Source: Ionaspis alba
Lineage: Eukaryota
Assembly (NCBI GenBank): GCA_964255285.1
Contig: CAXUUL010000010.1
Span: 1-64,000, forward strand
Direction: 5' to 3'
Length of the DNA: 64,000 nucleotides
Part shown: positions 50,676-63,830 of the stretch, in pieces
Numbering within the stretch: the stretch's first letter is position 1
Layout: the number at the start of each line of letters is the position of its first letter
Translations under genes and position numbers: made by a program
Notes under the pieces: model-generated
Told to the model about the DNA's origin: nothing
Databases searched by the model: none
Seen by the model: the letters and a program-made list of their open reading frames with translations, nothing else

Positions 50676-51589
50676 TCTGGGCTTCCTCCATCAGAACACG
50701 CATTGATGGAGGAAATGGACCACAATTTTGAGAGCGGCAGCTGGAATTCTGGGCTCTCCTTTTCATCTCGTGGGAGATAGGGTTCGTTTGAGTGCGCATT
50801 CATGTCCCTAGTGTACAACAAGGTCGGCGTATGTGAGGACCGGGATATTGGCATAGGCTGGCGTTTTTATTATTGGCATGGATGGATGATCGCCAAATGG
50901 CATGTGGACGTGATAGATTTATACCCGGATCATTGAAGGCGGGAGGATCTCATGTCATTTTAGCTCTACAAATCATCGTTTGGTGAACAAGTGATACCAT
51001 GAGGTTATAATCCAAACAGATACATCCCACAATTTATACTACTCTTGCTTTGACGTGACGGAATAGCCCTAGTGTCGTTGCTCTTGATCGGACAATTTTA
51101 GGACTTAACAGGGATCTTTCGGTACAACTACGTAGTTTGCGAACATATTATTTGTTTGTCCGTCTGCCTACCGCTCCTGGATAGCAATCCTTGGGCCGCG
51201 TCTGCGCCCATTCCTTTAAGCCTTTTCTAAGCTTTCTATTGAGATCCATCAGGCTCCAATTCCTCAATTCTTGTCGTTCTCCTACGTTACGCGATCCGTA
51301 TCTTTCCTATCGCGTTTCATTCCCGATAGCTATAGCTCGCCAGCAATTGAAAGCTCAACTGCTGCCCTGCGAGATACTCTCCGAAGAGGATCAATCTATT
51401 GTTTGGACGGCGACTACTCGTCACCATTTGTCCCTACATTTCCCACCTTCAACATCTTTTGATTCGAGTTATTTTCCTAAATTGCGAATAGCTTACTTGT
51501 CGCATCGGAGGCTATCAGGCCATCATTTGACGAGTCCCATGGTCTAATCGAAGCGTATCGTAGAGAGGACAACCTGAATTCGGACTAGG

Positions 51590-52623
51590 ATGAACGGCAT
51601 CAAGACACGAAGGCAGGCGGCAGAGGAGGATCAGAAACCGGTCAATGGCCAAAATGGAAGCATAGATAGGGCAAGGGATCCAGCGGCCGACACGGAACTG
51701 TCGGAGAACATTTTTCTGTTCTATCCAAACATCATTGGTACGTCGTGACCATTGTGAAGGTCATATTCCCGGTACCTACCAGACGACTGACTCGAAATTC
51801 TAGGATACTCCCGCATCGTTCTCGCCGTTGCCTCTCTTTACTACATGCCTTTGCATCCACGAACCTGCTCCCTCCTCTACAGCATATCGTGTCTGCTCGA
51901 TGCTTTAGATGGACTAGCGGCGCGACACTTCCAGCAATCTACAAGATTTGGGGCGGTCCTGGATATGGTAACGGACAGGTGTACGACTGCCTGTCTTCTG
52001 GTCTTCCTCAGCTCTGCGTGGCCACGATGGGCACTCTTATTCCAGGGACTGATCAGCTTGGATCTTGCGAGCCACTACATGCACATGTATGCGACTTTGA
52101 CTATGGGCTCTGTCGACAGTCATAAGAAGGTGGATGAGAGCAGGAGCAAGGTTTTGTACTTGTATTACCACAACAAGGTCAGACAATGCTCTGCCTTTTT
52201 TTTTTCAACCTACTTAGACTGACTATTATCCTTTAGACCGTGCTTTTTGCCTTCTGTGCGCTCAATGAGCTCTTCTTCATCGCCCTGTATCTGCTTTCTT
52301 TCTCTTCTCCAATCCTTTCCCCTTCTCTACTTCAGCCTCTCCCCAACACGCCAGGATCTTCGCTGCAACCTGGCAGTCCCGCATATCGTTCGTCATTCAA
52401 TCTTTTTCCAAATCCGTACAGTGCGGGTGCCCTTGAGCTAGCAAGAGCAAACAAAATGGACAGCTATTGGCCATGGGTCATCGCTGGCATTTCAGCTCCT
52501 GTTATGGCTGGCAAGCAATTCATCAATGTCGTTCAGCTTGTCAAGGCTAGCAGATGGCTGGCTGAAGGTGACGTTGCGATGCGACGAGCTCAGGGACTGC
52601 CGCAGAAGAAGCACAAGGAATGA
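51590..52623 (+). CDS. PIS1: Phosphatidylinositol synthase (CDP-alcohol phosphotransferase), 3 exons
   Basis: ENIFLFYPNIIG/YSRI, LLDALDGLAARHFQQSTRFGAVLDMVTDR, LDLASHYMHMY, CALNELFF. Confidence 0.95.
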
Positions 52624-53167
52624 TTTCTTTCTACACAGTGGCGGAGGAAAATCTGACGACGGCTCTTCCTGGAAGCAAGCTCCGATTGTTGAGCACCAAT
52701 TATACTGCTATCTACAAGAGGGCCTTTGATATTTGCGCTGTCGCGGAGGCTGCCGACATGCTTTCTTGTTTTGCTTATATGTACATAATGGTACAGAAGG
52801 CGAACTGGCGAATGTTGGCGATACGTGAGAAAGGGCAGGGAGGTTGGAGGCTTGCCTAACCACCTTTTTTGTTAAGTAGTGTCCTTGGTTGATGAAGCCG
52901 GCCGTAATCTAAGTCCTTAATACTTGACAGAGAACCTCAGCCAGAAATGTATTCAATGTCTCGTACTTCGTTCATGATCCAATCGCCTTTATCTACATAG
53001 TCTTTGCCAAGGTCCGATGACCTAGATCATCCGGAATCTGGGGTAAAGATCTACATTGACGCCATCTTAGGGCTATCCTCTCTGTCGGGCCTTCTTTAGA
53101 CGTCCAGCCCAAGAGATGCAAAAAAGGGGAGTTCAACATCTTCGTTGCCAGTGATGGAGAGGGAGAT

Positions 53168-54949
53168 ATGGGTGGTCGTACGTTCAGAGCGTGCCAATTG
53201 TCGCATTCGCTACGTCGCAGCACTGCTACCATCAACATCTCCTCTCTCCAAGCACCCTGCCGCTCTTTCCACGACTACTTCGTAACACACCTCCCGTCCT
53301 CCTCTCTGCACCCCGATTCACGCTCCTCAGCTGCCGGCCATCATCAGCTCCCGCGTGCAGCATCCAAACCACATACACCGCGCTCATCGAACGACCCTTC
53401 CCCTACTCCTGCCCCTGCCGTTGCCCAAGCACGGGAAACCACCGTTGTCCGAATTCCACTGAAAAGTGCAAAGCACCACTTCGGCGTTTCCGTTTCTCGC
53501 GGTACCCGGCCTTACAACGAAGATTCTTATCAAGCAGGCGTGATCGAGCTTCCCGCTTTCGCGAAGCGGGCTCCTGTCAGCTTAACGCGCGCGCCAGCTT
53601 CGAGTCCGCTGCAAGCATACCGAGAGTCACAGAGGAAAGCCAGGGAGCAAGAGCAGCAGAAGCAACAACAAGGAAATGGAAAGGACGGAGATGGCGAGGT
53701 TACGTCTGCCGAGGGTGCGAGTGGGGATCCTCAGGTTTTCTATTTTGGCGTTTTCGATGGGCATGGTGGTGCGGAGTGTAGTGGTTTCTTGAGGGAGAGC
53801 TTGCATGAGTATGTGGAGAGTGCGGCCAGAGACTTTGGGCTGAAATCTAGTCTGAAGGGGGTGGAGGAGAAAGGCGGCCAACGGGTGCCGGATCACAAGT
53901 CGACTACGGATGTTGGCGTGATCGATCGAAGAGATGCTGGAGAAACCAGAGAAGCTCCTCAGACGCCGGGAAAAATTACCTCCACATCACCGTTACCAAA
54001 GTCCTCGGCTTTGCCACAGGCGGCCACTTCGGATCGGGCTTTGCAGTTACAAGCCGACTTGGTGAAGGGCTGGCGCGAGCTTGTTGGGGGATACTTTCGT
54101 CGCTTCAAACCGGAGGCATTCTCGATTTCGGAAACGACATCGACTAGCATCTCTACGGTTTTGACGTACGCTTTCCTACACGCTGATTACGATTTTGTGA
54201 GTGCACAGGCTCGCAAGTCCGACTCAGACTCCGATCCGGTACTTTCAGATGCGCCTCTCAATGCCTCCGATGTCCTTTACTCGCCATCTCAGCAGATTGG
54301 AGGTCCAAAACGGTTCAAAGGAGGGAGTACTTGCTCCCTCGCTTTAGTGTCGACTCCGTCGCCAACCCCGTTCTGGCACCCGGCAAGCCCCTCCACGTTG
54401 GTCGTGGCGCATGTTGGAGACACCAGGATTTTGCTGTGCAGGACCTCTGACGGGAACGCTATTCCAGTGACTACGAATCATCATCCTAGTAGTCCTGGGG
54501 AAGGAAAACGATTGCGGAGATATGCCGGCAGCTTTGTAACTGATTCTTTCGGAGAGGAAAGGATCAGTGGTCTTGCAAACACTCGCGCATTTGGAGACAT
54601 GCAATCAAAACGACTGGGAGTTAGTGCCGAGCCTGAGATTCGAAGGATAGAACTTGCTGCTGCGGAGTACTCATTCATGGTGCTTGTCAGCGACGGCATC
54701 AGTGGAACGTTGAGCGACCAGGAAGCTGTAGATATTGTGAAGGAAGCTCGTACCCCGGATCAGGGTGCGAAGGATGTCGTGGCCTTTGCTACGGAGGTCA
54801 GTATGGAAGGCGATAATGCGACGTGTCTGGTGGTGAGGCTCGGAGGCTGGGAAAGGAGATCAGAAGGGGGTTTGGGAAGTATGGGGACGAGGGAAACCAG
54901 AGAATGGAGAAAGCAGGACGCCACAGATCCACGGAGTCGAAGGACTTGA
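53168..54949 (+). CDS. PTC6: Mitochondrial PP2C phosphatase, Ptc6-like
   Basis: Arg/Ser-rich presequence, RGTRPYNED, GVFDGHGG, GGST, AHVGDTR, DSFGEER..LANTRAFGD, LVSDG, DNAT. Confidence 0.85.
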   Translation: MGGRTFRACQLSHSLRRSTATINISSLQAPCRSFHDYFVTHLPSSSLHPDSRSSAAGHHQLPRAASKPHTPRSSNDPSPTPAPAVAQARETTVVRIPLKSAKHHFGVSVSRGTRPYNEDSYQAGVIELPAFAKRAPVSLTRAPASSPLQAYRESQRKAREQEQQKQQQGNGKDGDGEVTSAEGASGDPQVFYFGVFDGHGGAECSGFLRESLHEYVESAARDFGLKSSLKGVEEKGGQRVPDHKSTTDVGVIDRRDAGETREAPQTPGKITSTSPLPKSSALPQAATSDRALQLQADLVKGWRELVGGYFRRFKPEAFSISETTSTSISTVLTYAFLHADYDFVSAQARKSDSDSDPVLSDAPLNASDVLYSPSQQIGGPKRFKGGSTCSLALVSTPSPTPFWHPASPSTLVVAHVGDTRILLCRTSDGNAIPVTTNHHPSSPGEGKRLRRYAGSFVTDSFGEERISGLANTRAFGDMQSKRLGVSAEPEIRRIELAAAEYSFMVLVSDGISGTLSDQEAVDIVKEARTPDQGAKDVVAFATEVSMEGDNATCLVVRLGGWERRSEGGLGSMGTRETREWRKQDATDPRSRRT

Positions 54950-55786
54950 GCTTGGTATCATCATTTATACATTGTATATAGTTGAGTTTCAGGATGAAGT
55001 ATCTCGTGTATGCTGAGTCGGAGGCCTCCCAGCTACGATATGATACCCTCAAAACATTTTCCCCCTCATTTACTGCCAATATTGACATGAATCCGTTGAG
55101 GCTCCATTCCGAACTTCAGAATGCCAAGCGGCCGAGGCCATCGGGTTTCTCCGTTCCGCCCAATGTTCATTCACAATTGCGAACGTTCTCAGCCGAAAGG
55201 CTGCAGACGGCATGAAATGCTACAACACCATCCAGATGACTTTTCACTACATCCACTCTGATTGCATGAAGCTGTACAACGTTTGATCTGTATGCTATCC
55301 GTTCGGTCCTCGGTGTTGCTGCGTGGTTCCACAAGCTGACTAAATTGATCTAGCACTCTAATTGAAGTCATCTACCTGCAGCTACCCACTGCTCTCCCCA
55401 TTGGCAACGTACGTTGTACTCTTTGTTCGCGAAATATCACAGGTTGACAGAGGCAAAGAAGTTCCTATGGCCGAGAGCTTGATGTCGATGTCTCAATCTC
55501 ATGATAGATCGCTTTGACCATTATTCTACCCCACATCCCGCCGCACTCGAAATTCTGCCCTCTTATAAGAGGCGCAAACAACTTCACTGGCGAGGCGGTA
55601 CATCGAAAACTCAAAATCTACATCGGTATCCCCAACCTGAAACCCATTGAGATCTCACGGAATTCGGTCCCGGCCTGTCAGGCAAACATCCTCGAAGGTT
55701 TACGAGAACGATAAAAACATTGGCTGTGAAACCGACCTGTAGTGTAACACCTCATATCTTTCTACATGTTGACAGGCCCTATCAAC

Positions 55787-58779
55787 ATGGCGTGGCAACC
55801 AGACCAAGGGCAGTTGAAGCAGCTGGTGGGCTTCCTTCGGGACTCCCTTAGTGGCTACGATCAAAACGCCCAAAAGTATGCGACTTTGGTTAGTGCTACC
55901 CGAGCTTTGTTTCTATCTTCTACGACTCCAAAAGCGTTGGCGGTGGAGGAGGCGCTGATGTCTTTGTTGTGAACACAGATGCTCTCGCAAGCCAAAGCTT
56001 CCCCTGACATCACAAATTATCTCACCTACATTCTTTGCAATTTACAATCTTCCAGTCACTTGAGTTCAGAAAACTCCCTTCAAGCTCGCAGTTCGGCCGC
56101 AATCACGCTTAAAAACATTATCAAGACGAGATATCGATCTATACCTCCAGCCAACCAGGCTTACATACGGTCATTCGTCATCCAATGCCTCGACGACGGC
56201 AACTCTCAAATTCGGAGCTTTGCCGGCAACGTCATCACCGAAGTGGTGAAACAAGGCGGCGTGTTGGGTTGGCCAGAGATATTCCCAGAGCTTCTGTCTC
56301 TGGCAGGGAATGACAAGGGAAATGTCTCGCCTCAAGCTCAAGAAGGTGCAATGAGCGCTTTAGCCAAGATATGTGAAGATAACAAGAAATCTCTTGATCG
56401 TGACTATCAAGGACAGCGACCATTGGATATCATACTACCAAAAATCCTCCAGATAACAACCAGCCCGATTGCCAAAGTTCGAGCCTTTGCTTTACAATGT
56501 ATCAATGTATTCATCCTACAGAAGCCTCAGGCACTCCTTTTGTCCATAGATACCTTATTATCACAGTTATTCCAGCTGGCGAATGATCCAAGCGACGATG
56601 TCAGACGGTTCGTCTGCCGGTCTTTTGTGCAGCTGGTCGAAGTCCGGCCAGACAAGATCCTTCCCCACATGGAAGGATTAGTCAACTACATGGTGGCCCA
56701 ACAGAGGAACACTGATGACCCGGCTCTCGCTTTGGATGCAGCTGAGTTCTGGCTATCGATAGGTGAGCATAAGACTTTGTGCTCGAGCCTCGGCCCTTAC
56801 CTACACATGATAATCCCTTGCCTGCTTGAAAGCATGGTTTATGGAGATGACGACATTGCGCGATTGGAAGACGAAGCTGAAGATGCGGAAGAGGAAGACA
56901 AAGTGGAGAACATCAAGCCGCAATTTGCCACTTCCAAAGCTGCACGCTCTGCGCCAAATGGCGAAGCTACAGCAAACGGCGTCAATGGTGACTACAAGGT
57001 ATCTGAGACTGTCATAGATGACGATGGCTTGAGTGAAGGAGAGATCGAAGAGTTCGGAGACGAAGGAGGCGGAGATCCGGAGGACGAATGGAATCTACGA
57101 AAATGCTCGGCGGCTGCTCTCGATGTCCTGGCCACGTTCTTTCACAAGCCGGTGTTCGATGTCACTTTACCTTACCTCAAGGACAATCTAAATCATCACG
57201 ATTGGCCAAATCGAGAAGCTGCAGTGTTAGCTATCGGCGCTGTAGCTGACGGCTGTATGGATGTGGTCTCTCCTCACTTACCAGAACTTATACCTTACCT
57301 AATTTCTCTATTACAAGATCCACAACCTGTGGTTAGGAAGATCACATGTTGGGCTCTCGGACGGTATTCAAAATGGGCAGTACATATTGTGAATAAACAA
57401 GAACGAGCATCGTATTTCGAGCCGATGATGGATGGCATCTTGAAGAAGATGCTCGATCGCAATAAGTCCGTTCAAGCAGCTGCAGCATCTGCATTTTCGA
57501 ACCTCGAGGAGATAGCTAAGAAGGAGATGACGCCGTATTGCGAACCTGTCATTCAGCAATTCGTTCGATGTTTCCAAGTCTACAAAGACGTCAACATACA
57601 TATATTATACGACTGCGTTCAAAGTCTGGCGGAAAACGTTGGGCCCGCTTTAGCCCGACCAGAGCTCCGAGATCTTCTCATGCCTCCACTTATGGCGCGG
57701 TGGGAGAAGGTCTCTGACCAATCTCAGGAACTCTTTCCGCTTCTGGAGTGTCTCTCATACGTTGCGACGGCTCTAGGGGACGCCTTCGCAGACTATGCGA
57801 TCCAAACGTTCTCCAGGTGTATCAAGATCGTCCATCAGAATCTGGAAGAGTATCTCCTGGCAGCGAACAATGAAGCTATGGACAAGCCGGACAAGGACTT
57901 CTTGGTCACTAGCATTGATCTCCTCAGCTCCATAATACAGGCCTTGTCGACGGAAAAGAGCGAGATACTGGTCGCAAAGTCTCAGCCAAGGATGTTTGAC
58001 TTACTGCGCTTCTGTATGGAAGATCCGAACAACGACGTCAGGCAATCGTCTTATGCCTTGCTTGGGGACTGTGCGATACACGTCTTTTCGCAGCTGCAGC
58101 CAGAACTATCTTCTTTGATGCCGGTACTCATCCAACAGTTGGATCTCGATGCTTTACCGGACGAAGAAGCAGACGCAGCTTTTTCAGTCGTCAACAATGC
58201 ATGCTGGGCTTGCGGAGAGATCGCGATACAAAATCAGGACGGCATGGCACCTTACATCGAGAAGCTGTATGAGCGATTGTCTCATATCATTGGGAATCCA
58301 GACATACCTCCATTGGTAAACGAGAACGCCGCGATTGCTCTCGGTCGTCTAGGCGTCTCATGCTCTCAAGGTCTCGCACCTCACTTGGCTGAATTCGCGA
58401 AGCTCTTCTTGCAAATAGTGGAGCCGATCGAAAATAATGATGAGAAGAGCCAGGCGTTCGTCGGTCTCAATTTTACCATTGCAAAGAACCCTCAGGCTAT
58501 GGAAAACTGTCTACTGGAGTATTTCCGGGCAACGGCTGCTTTCCCGCTTCCCAACGGCCAGCTACGAATGGCGGCCAAGTACCAAGGGAAGACGCTGAGG
58601 GATTCTTTCCAAGAGGTGTGTTGACTCCATTACGAGACAACTACAGTTTACAGACTGATACTAATGCATACGAATAGGTCTTGATGGGCTACAAGTCAAT
58701 GATCCCGAACTTCGGAAGCTTCATGAGTCAACTGCCTCCGTCTGATCAGCAGAAGCTCCGTGCCATGTACCATATTTAG
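55787..58779 (+). CDS. KAP104: Importin beta-2 / transportin (Kap104/KapC), 3 exons
   Basis: MAWQPD, QEGAMSALAKICED, ALDAAEFW, acidic H8 loop then WNLRKCSAAALDVLA, PDKDFLVTSIDLLS, VRQSSYALLGD, NNACWACGEI, ENAAIALGRLG; last exon 58678-58779. Confidence 0.95.
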
Positions 58780-58952
58780 CATCCTCAGCCGTCTACGGGC
58801 CGTATCCCGGGAACTGGGGGCATGTCAAACACGAATCACGAAAGCCATGTATGTAATTGTCAGGATTTCGATGAACCGTTTCACGCACCTTCATCACACC
58901 TTCTACGGCAATATGCGCATGGTTAATTGACTAGATGTAAGGGCATATTTTT

Positions 58953-58979
58953 ACTCTCTCACTCTCACTCTCACTCTCC
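58953..58979 (+). repeat. (CACTCT)n hexanucleotide microsatellite
   Basis: Direct reading, about 4 copies. Confidence 0.8.
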
Positions 58980-59423
58980 ATACTCTCTTCCTCCGGGATT
59001 CTAATGCTGGTCGGAAGAGGGGAGCAACGCCAAGGATCCTTGTCATGTACCAACCTTACCAACCTTTAATCCGGAAAATTTGTTAGATCATGCACTGCAC
59101 ATTGAGCCAGCTATCGCTTTTTTGCCTTTCGTCTGTGCCATGTTACGGTGGATTCTGTGTTTCGCGGGCATCCTTTCACACACACACGCACACATACGAA
59201 CGCATCATAGGCGTTGGTTCTACTGCTCGCGAGAAGGATGCTTTTCATGGCAGGCGAAATCTAGCGTTGGACTGTAAATCGTCACAGGGTAGGTTTGAGG
59301 GCGTTGCACAAGAAGCGCATCACATTGAATGGATGACTGTTGATAGGTGCCAGCGGCACGAGTGCAGGATGGAAACTCTTTTTTGAACTACCATAGCTTT
59401 TAATAGCACGACTTGCGTGGGGG

Positions 59424-59459
59424 GCTGCTGCTGCTGCTGCTGCTGCTATTGCTGCTGCT
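59424..59459 (+). repeat. (GCT)n trinucleotide microsatellite
   Basis: 8 perfect copies, one ATT interruption, 3 more copies. Confidence 0.9.
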
Positions 59460-62400
59460 CAGATCCAGCCATGCGATTAGAGAACTCATACTTGCATTGA
59501 CTTTCGCACACGGAAAGCTGCCGATGGGTAGTCTCCTTTTTTCTTGCAATTGCCTTGGAACGAACAGTCTAGAACCTTTTGAAGAACCGTGCAAACGGGT
59601 GTTCAAGCAGGGTTGGTTGGATTGCCGGGACTTTTGAGAGGGGTTGGATTTTCTTTTCCTTTTGAGGCTCAGATGACAGCAAAATCTGTGACGTGACGGA
59701 ATGTTCTCTCTTGTATCACCAGAATCACGAGAGCTCAAATGCATTCAAGCATTGTAAATCATCGTTTGCTCGGAGAATACACATGGTTCCGGGAAACGAC
59801 TCGTACATGCAACCCCATTCCCAGTTTTTTCCTCACTTCCCACTCCTCGGCCCAGTACTGTCCGAGAGAAACAACTCGAGGGCGGAAGCAGGCAAGGGGA
59901 GCGCGCGAGAAAAGACACACATGAATTATCCCTTTTGTTTGGGAATGCCGTCAGTATTGCATGCTGCATGCGTGAAGAATTCAGGGCCGGAAGAAGCCAG
60001 AAAAGCGAGATGGCCTCACCGCACTGGATCTCGCCTTTACCTTGCCTTTACTTCGCCGAACTCGATTATGCGATGCGACGCGCAATTCTGTTGATTCCTG
60101 CTGCTGCTTTGCTGGGCTAGCTAGGCAAGGTCCGCTTCAGGTTTACAAAGTCCACAGTTTGTTTCCTATGCTGCTGCTGCAGTGGGACGGAGTCGCCGGT
60201 GATGCGACCCAAGCAGTCGACGTCTGCCTGATCAGTGCGCGAGCAGTGTTTAGAGTGGGTGAGTCAATGAGTGAGTGAGTGGAAGAGAATCGTTAAGGGG
60301 GTATGTGCCCTCGAAAGCAAATCCAAGGTTTTTTTTTTTTTCCCGGCAACCAAAGGGCGGGCATGATCTTTTCATGTACACCGCCACGATTTGGCTTCCG
60401 CCAACGGATCTTTTTCCAACGGCTCCCTTTGGGGACCGCGGAAGAAGCATGGCGGGGAGTGGGGCGTAACCCATGGATGGCACCGAGGCCGGTACGACGG
60501 CTAGCGTCTCGCATGAATGCTGCTGGGTTTCGTGTGTTGCACACGCAGCAGAGAGCCGGACTGCGACATATCCTCTTATACTTACGTACGGAATGAGAAT
60601 GGGGAGGGAATGATTGGGAAGGAATCGACGGTGGTGTTGGAAAGAGGCTCGTTGACCATGCGGTGAGTGCAATTGCGTTGTATGTAATGTAGGGGTGATG
60701 TGAGTGCCGGATTGTGCATTTATTGGAAAAGCCCAGGCTGTGTTGGCTGGGAGGGAGGATTGTGGGAAGGACGAAATTGATAGGTCGATTGTTTCGTTCT
60801 TTGGGGGGGTGCTTGGATGCTGCCTCTGGGATTTGTTTAAGTCGTGCAGCTCGCAGCCTGGTCTTCCGGCTTTCCATTGTCTTCCTGGCTTTTTCTGTGT
60901 CTCCAGCTTACCGACGGGCACAAGGCCGAGCAGGGGTATGAGCTATTTTTGGATGCCAAGTGCCGCTAGGATGATTAGACGAGATCTATGCTTTTCCAAA
61001 CGTCATTTTCACTCCTCCGCGCTGGTAGGGCCTTTGGGGACCGTTGGAGCTGGCTAGTATGGATGGATGGTTGGCTGCCCTTTGCCGTGTATCCTCTGCT
61101 GCTGTAGGTACCTATACAACGCATCTGCTCTGGCTCGTAAGCTTGTGAGTTGCGCGCATCGTTGGATGAGCTCAGCATCCCACAGCTGTGTTGTAAGTGA
61201 GTCAGTCGCCCCAGTGGTTGTAATCGGATCCACCTCCTCGAATGCAATGTTCGACGGAAACCGGCGGTCTGCCGCGGGAGCCTCCGTGCAATACCGAAGG
61301 GGGATTTTCCTTGGACTCACTTTGCAGGAATTACTTTCCAAGGCTGGCTGACAGAGTGATGTGCCTCGGGGGAGAATCTTCGAAGGCTGCAGAGAATGGG
61401 ATGAAAAGATGCGGTCCTTGGGGGCTACCAGATGGCTAGACTAACGGCGAAAGTCACACGGCAGCAGCCAACATACCGAAGGTTTCCTGAAGAGTAATGA
61501 CCAGATTCGAACTATCGCAGCCTCATTCTCTCCATCTCTCTACCGCTTTGAGGAAGAGGGAATATTGACGCTGCTGTGCGGTGCATAATATAGGACTCGG
61601 GTCGACTGCAGACAACAATAAACTTTTTCCATTGGACCAACTCGCTCGATCAGTACATGAGGAAGACCCATGGCAAGGGCGGCGGCAGGAGTGGCTTTGA
61701 CGAACTATGGTGGAAGAAGGCAAGAGGGAAAAGCAACTGGATAGCTAGTGATGCACTGTCGCTTATGCCGCGACCGAATCATCGACGTCGGAGGTATATC
61801 AGCGACAAATATAGAAACCTGCTTTTCCTTCTAGTCCATTCCATCCTCTGCGGTGCGTTGATGGCTTTTTGAGCCACAAGACCCGAGCGGACGGATTGTT
61901 GGCGTTACTACTCCACAGTGCAGGGCATGATTCCACCAGCATGGTGGTGACCGGCACGAAGGGCAGTTTGTCCAACATAGGTGGATGTCGGATGCATTTT
62001 GGTGGATTCGGTGGGATTACTCTACAGTACAGTAGTAGTAGCAACAACAACAAATGTAGTGTCTGACTCTACGACCTCATGGGTACCTGAACAAACCAAC
62101 CAACCGTCACTATTCCTCCGCCTTCTCTTCTTCTTAGCGCCATCGTCATTGGAGGAACCATCACTTGCGCTCTCCACGCTTCATCCTCCATCACCACCAC
62201 TAGCCCCATCGGCAGTAGTTGACTCTCGTCAGAGCTATGTAGCCTCGCGGAAAAGTGCCCGTCGTATGGATTAGCTTGTACACTTTTTTGGGAGCTTATT
62301 GCTATTTTGCCCTCTTTCGCTCCTGCCACGCTCAGCTCGTCAACTAATTTTCCTATACTGCTGACCACGCTTAGCTCGGCCCGCAGATGTACAGTAGCAG

Positions 62401-62819
62401 AGCCAACTTGCTTTGCTTGGCCTTCTCAATCCTGGGAAGAGTCGAGGGAGCGACAGCCGGATCTGGTGAGACATGAACCATGGCCACAACATGACCACAT
62501 GTCCTGCCTGTACAGCATCGCATCCCCTCCCATTCAACCTGCAGCGGGCTTCTCCACCGGCATGACCCAATAGCCTCCATGTAAGGCACTTTTACCTCTG
62601 TCCCTCGACGTAGTTATCCTCCCGCATCCGGCTGGAATCCTGAGACAGCCAGGGCAGGATGATGGGAGTAGCCTCATAGTCATGGTCACACAAGGAAGGC
62701 TATGTTTCTTTTGTTCCTTCTCTCTTTCTCTCCTTCCTCTGTCATGTCATGCTGCTGCTGGCAACTTTACCCTTTCCATCATCCTACACCCCGCAACGGG
62801 ACACACGCATCCACAAAAG

Positions 62820-62836
62820 CACACACACACACACAC
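62820..62836 (+). repeat. (CA)n microsatellite
   Basis: Direct reading, about 8 copies. Confidence 0.85.
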
Positions 62837-63830
62837 CCAATCCCTACCCAGTTCCCACTATCACACCACCCCCTTCCCCTACCCCAGGCCAAAGCCGCAC
62901 CACCAGGTCCCGAGCATTGAACACACGCACATGCCCAGAGCCGGCACGCTTGACCCTGGTAACTGTGCCTTGTCCGTACTGAGAAAGTCGAACCTTCCTT
63001 ACGGCTGCAAGGTCGTAGGTCGACAATGATTATTATTCCAACCGGCTACAGAAAATCGACTCAAGCCAGAGTCACCCGACCCGATTCGAGGGTCAAAAAG
63101 CTGATAGTTTCTATTTTAGGCTCAAGGCCTGTCAGAGAGGCAGAAACCTAGTGCCATCTTCAGGATGATGCCCCAAACGTCCATGTAACTGCTACATGCA
63201 ATGGCCTTCTCTTACATATCTCCCCCCATCTAACTCCTCCTCCTGTTACTACCATTACTCTCGTCGCCCCTCATCATCCTTCCATCCCTTCACCTCCCCT
63301 CGGCCCCCTTTTCCCCAAATGACTCAATAAGCACCACACACTCGTTATACCTTGTGCTTGTCCAGCTGCGCCTCTCGTTCACACCAGCTCCACCGGAAAC
63401 CACTCTCGTTGATCCAAGTCTCTCACCCCCAGGTCCTACTTCTACGTCACGCCATCCACCATCTCTTTCCGATTTCAACAGCAGTGGTAGCAGCAGCAAT
63501 AGCAAAAAGCAGTGGCAGCAAGCAGTCATTCGTTTACTCATCGGTTCTGTCATCATCAAGGAAAAAAATCTCTGTCGTTTCTGATCATTCAATTCGGGCA
63601 CTTCCGATTTGCCTTCAGCCGCAATCGGCTCCAAGACTTTTGTCATCCCTCTACATCCGAATGATCTGGAAGGTCTTACAAGGAGCAGCAGCCTTGAGCA
63701 GGAGAACTTTTTGACGCCTATGATACTCTGAAAACCTCACTGTTTTCCTCCTGAACCCTTATCGACAGCTTTCCCATCAGCTTGATTCTTTGCTTCCAAT
63801 TTTACCCTTCGTAGATTTTGCCCAATAGAG

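Noticed and set aside
60250..61057. Overlapping 100-220-aa ORFs in the gene-free region
   Set aside because: Low-complexity translations crossing a poly-T run, no domains or splice structure; consistent with chance ORFs in skewed sequence.
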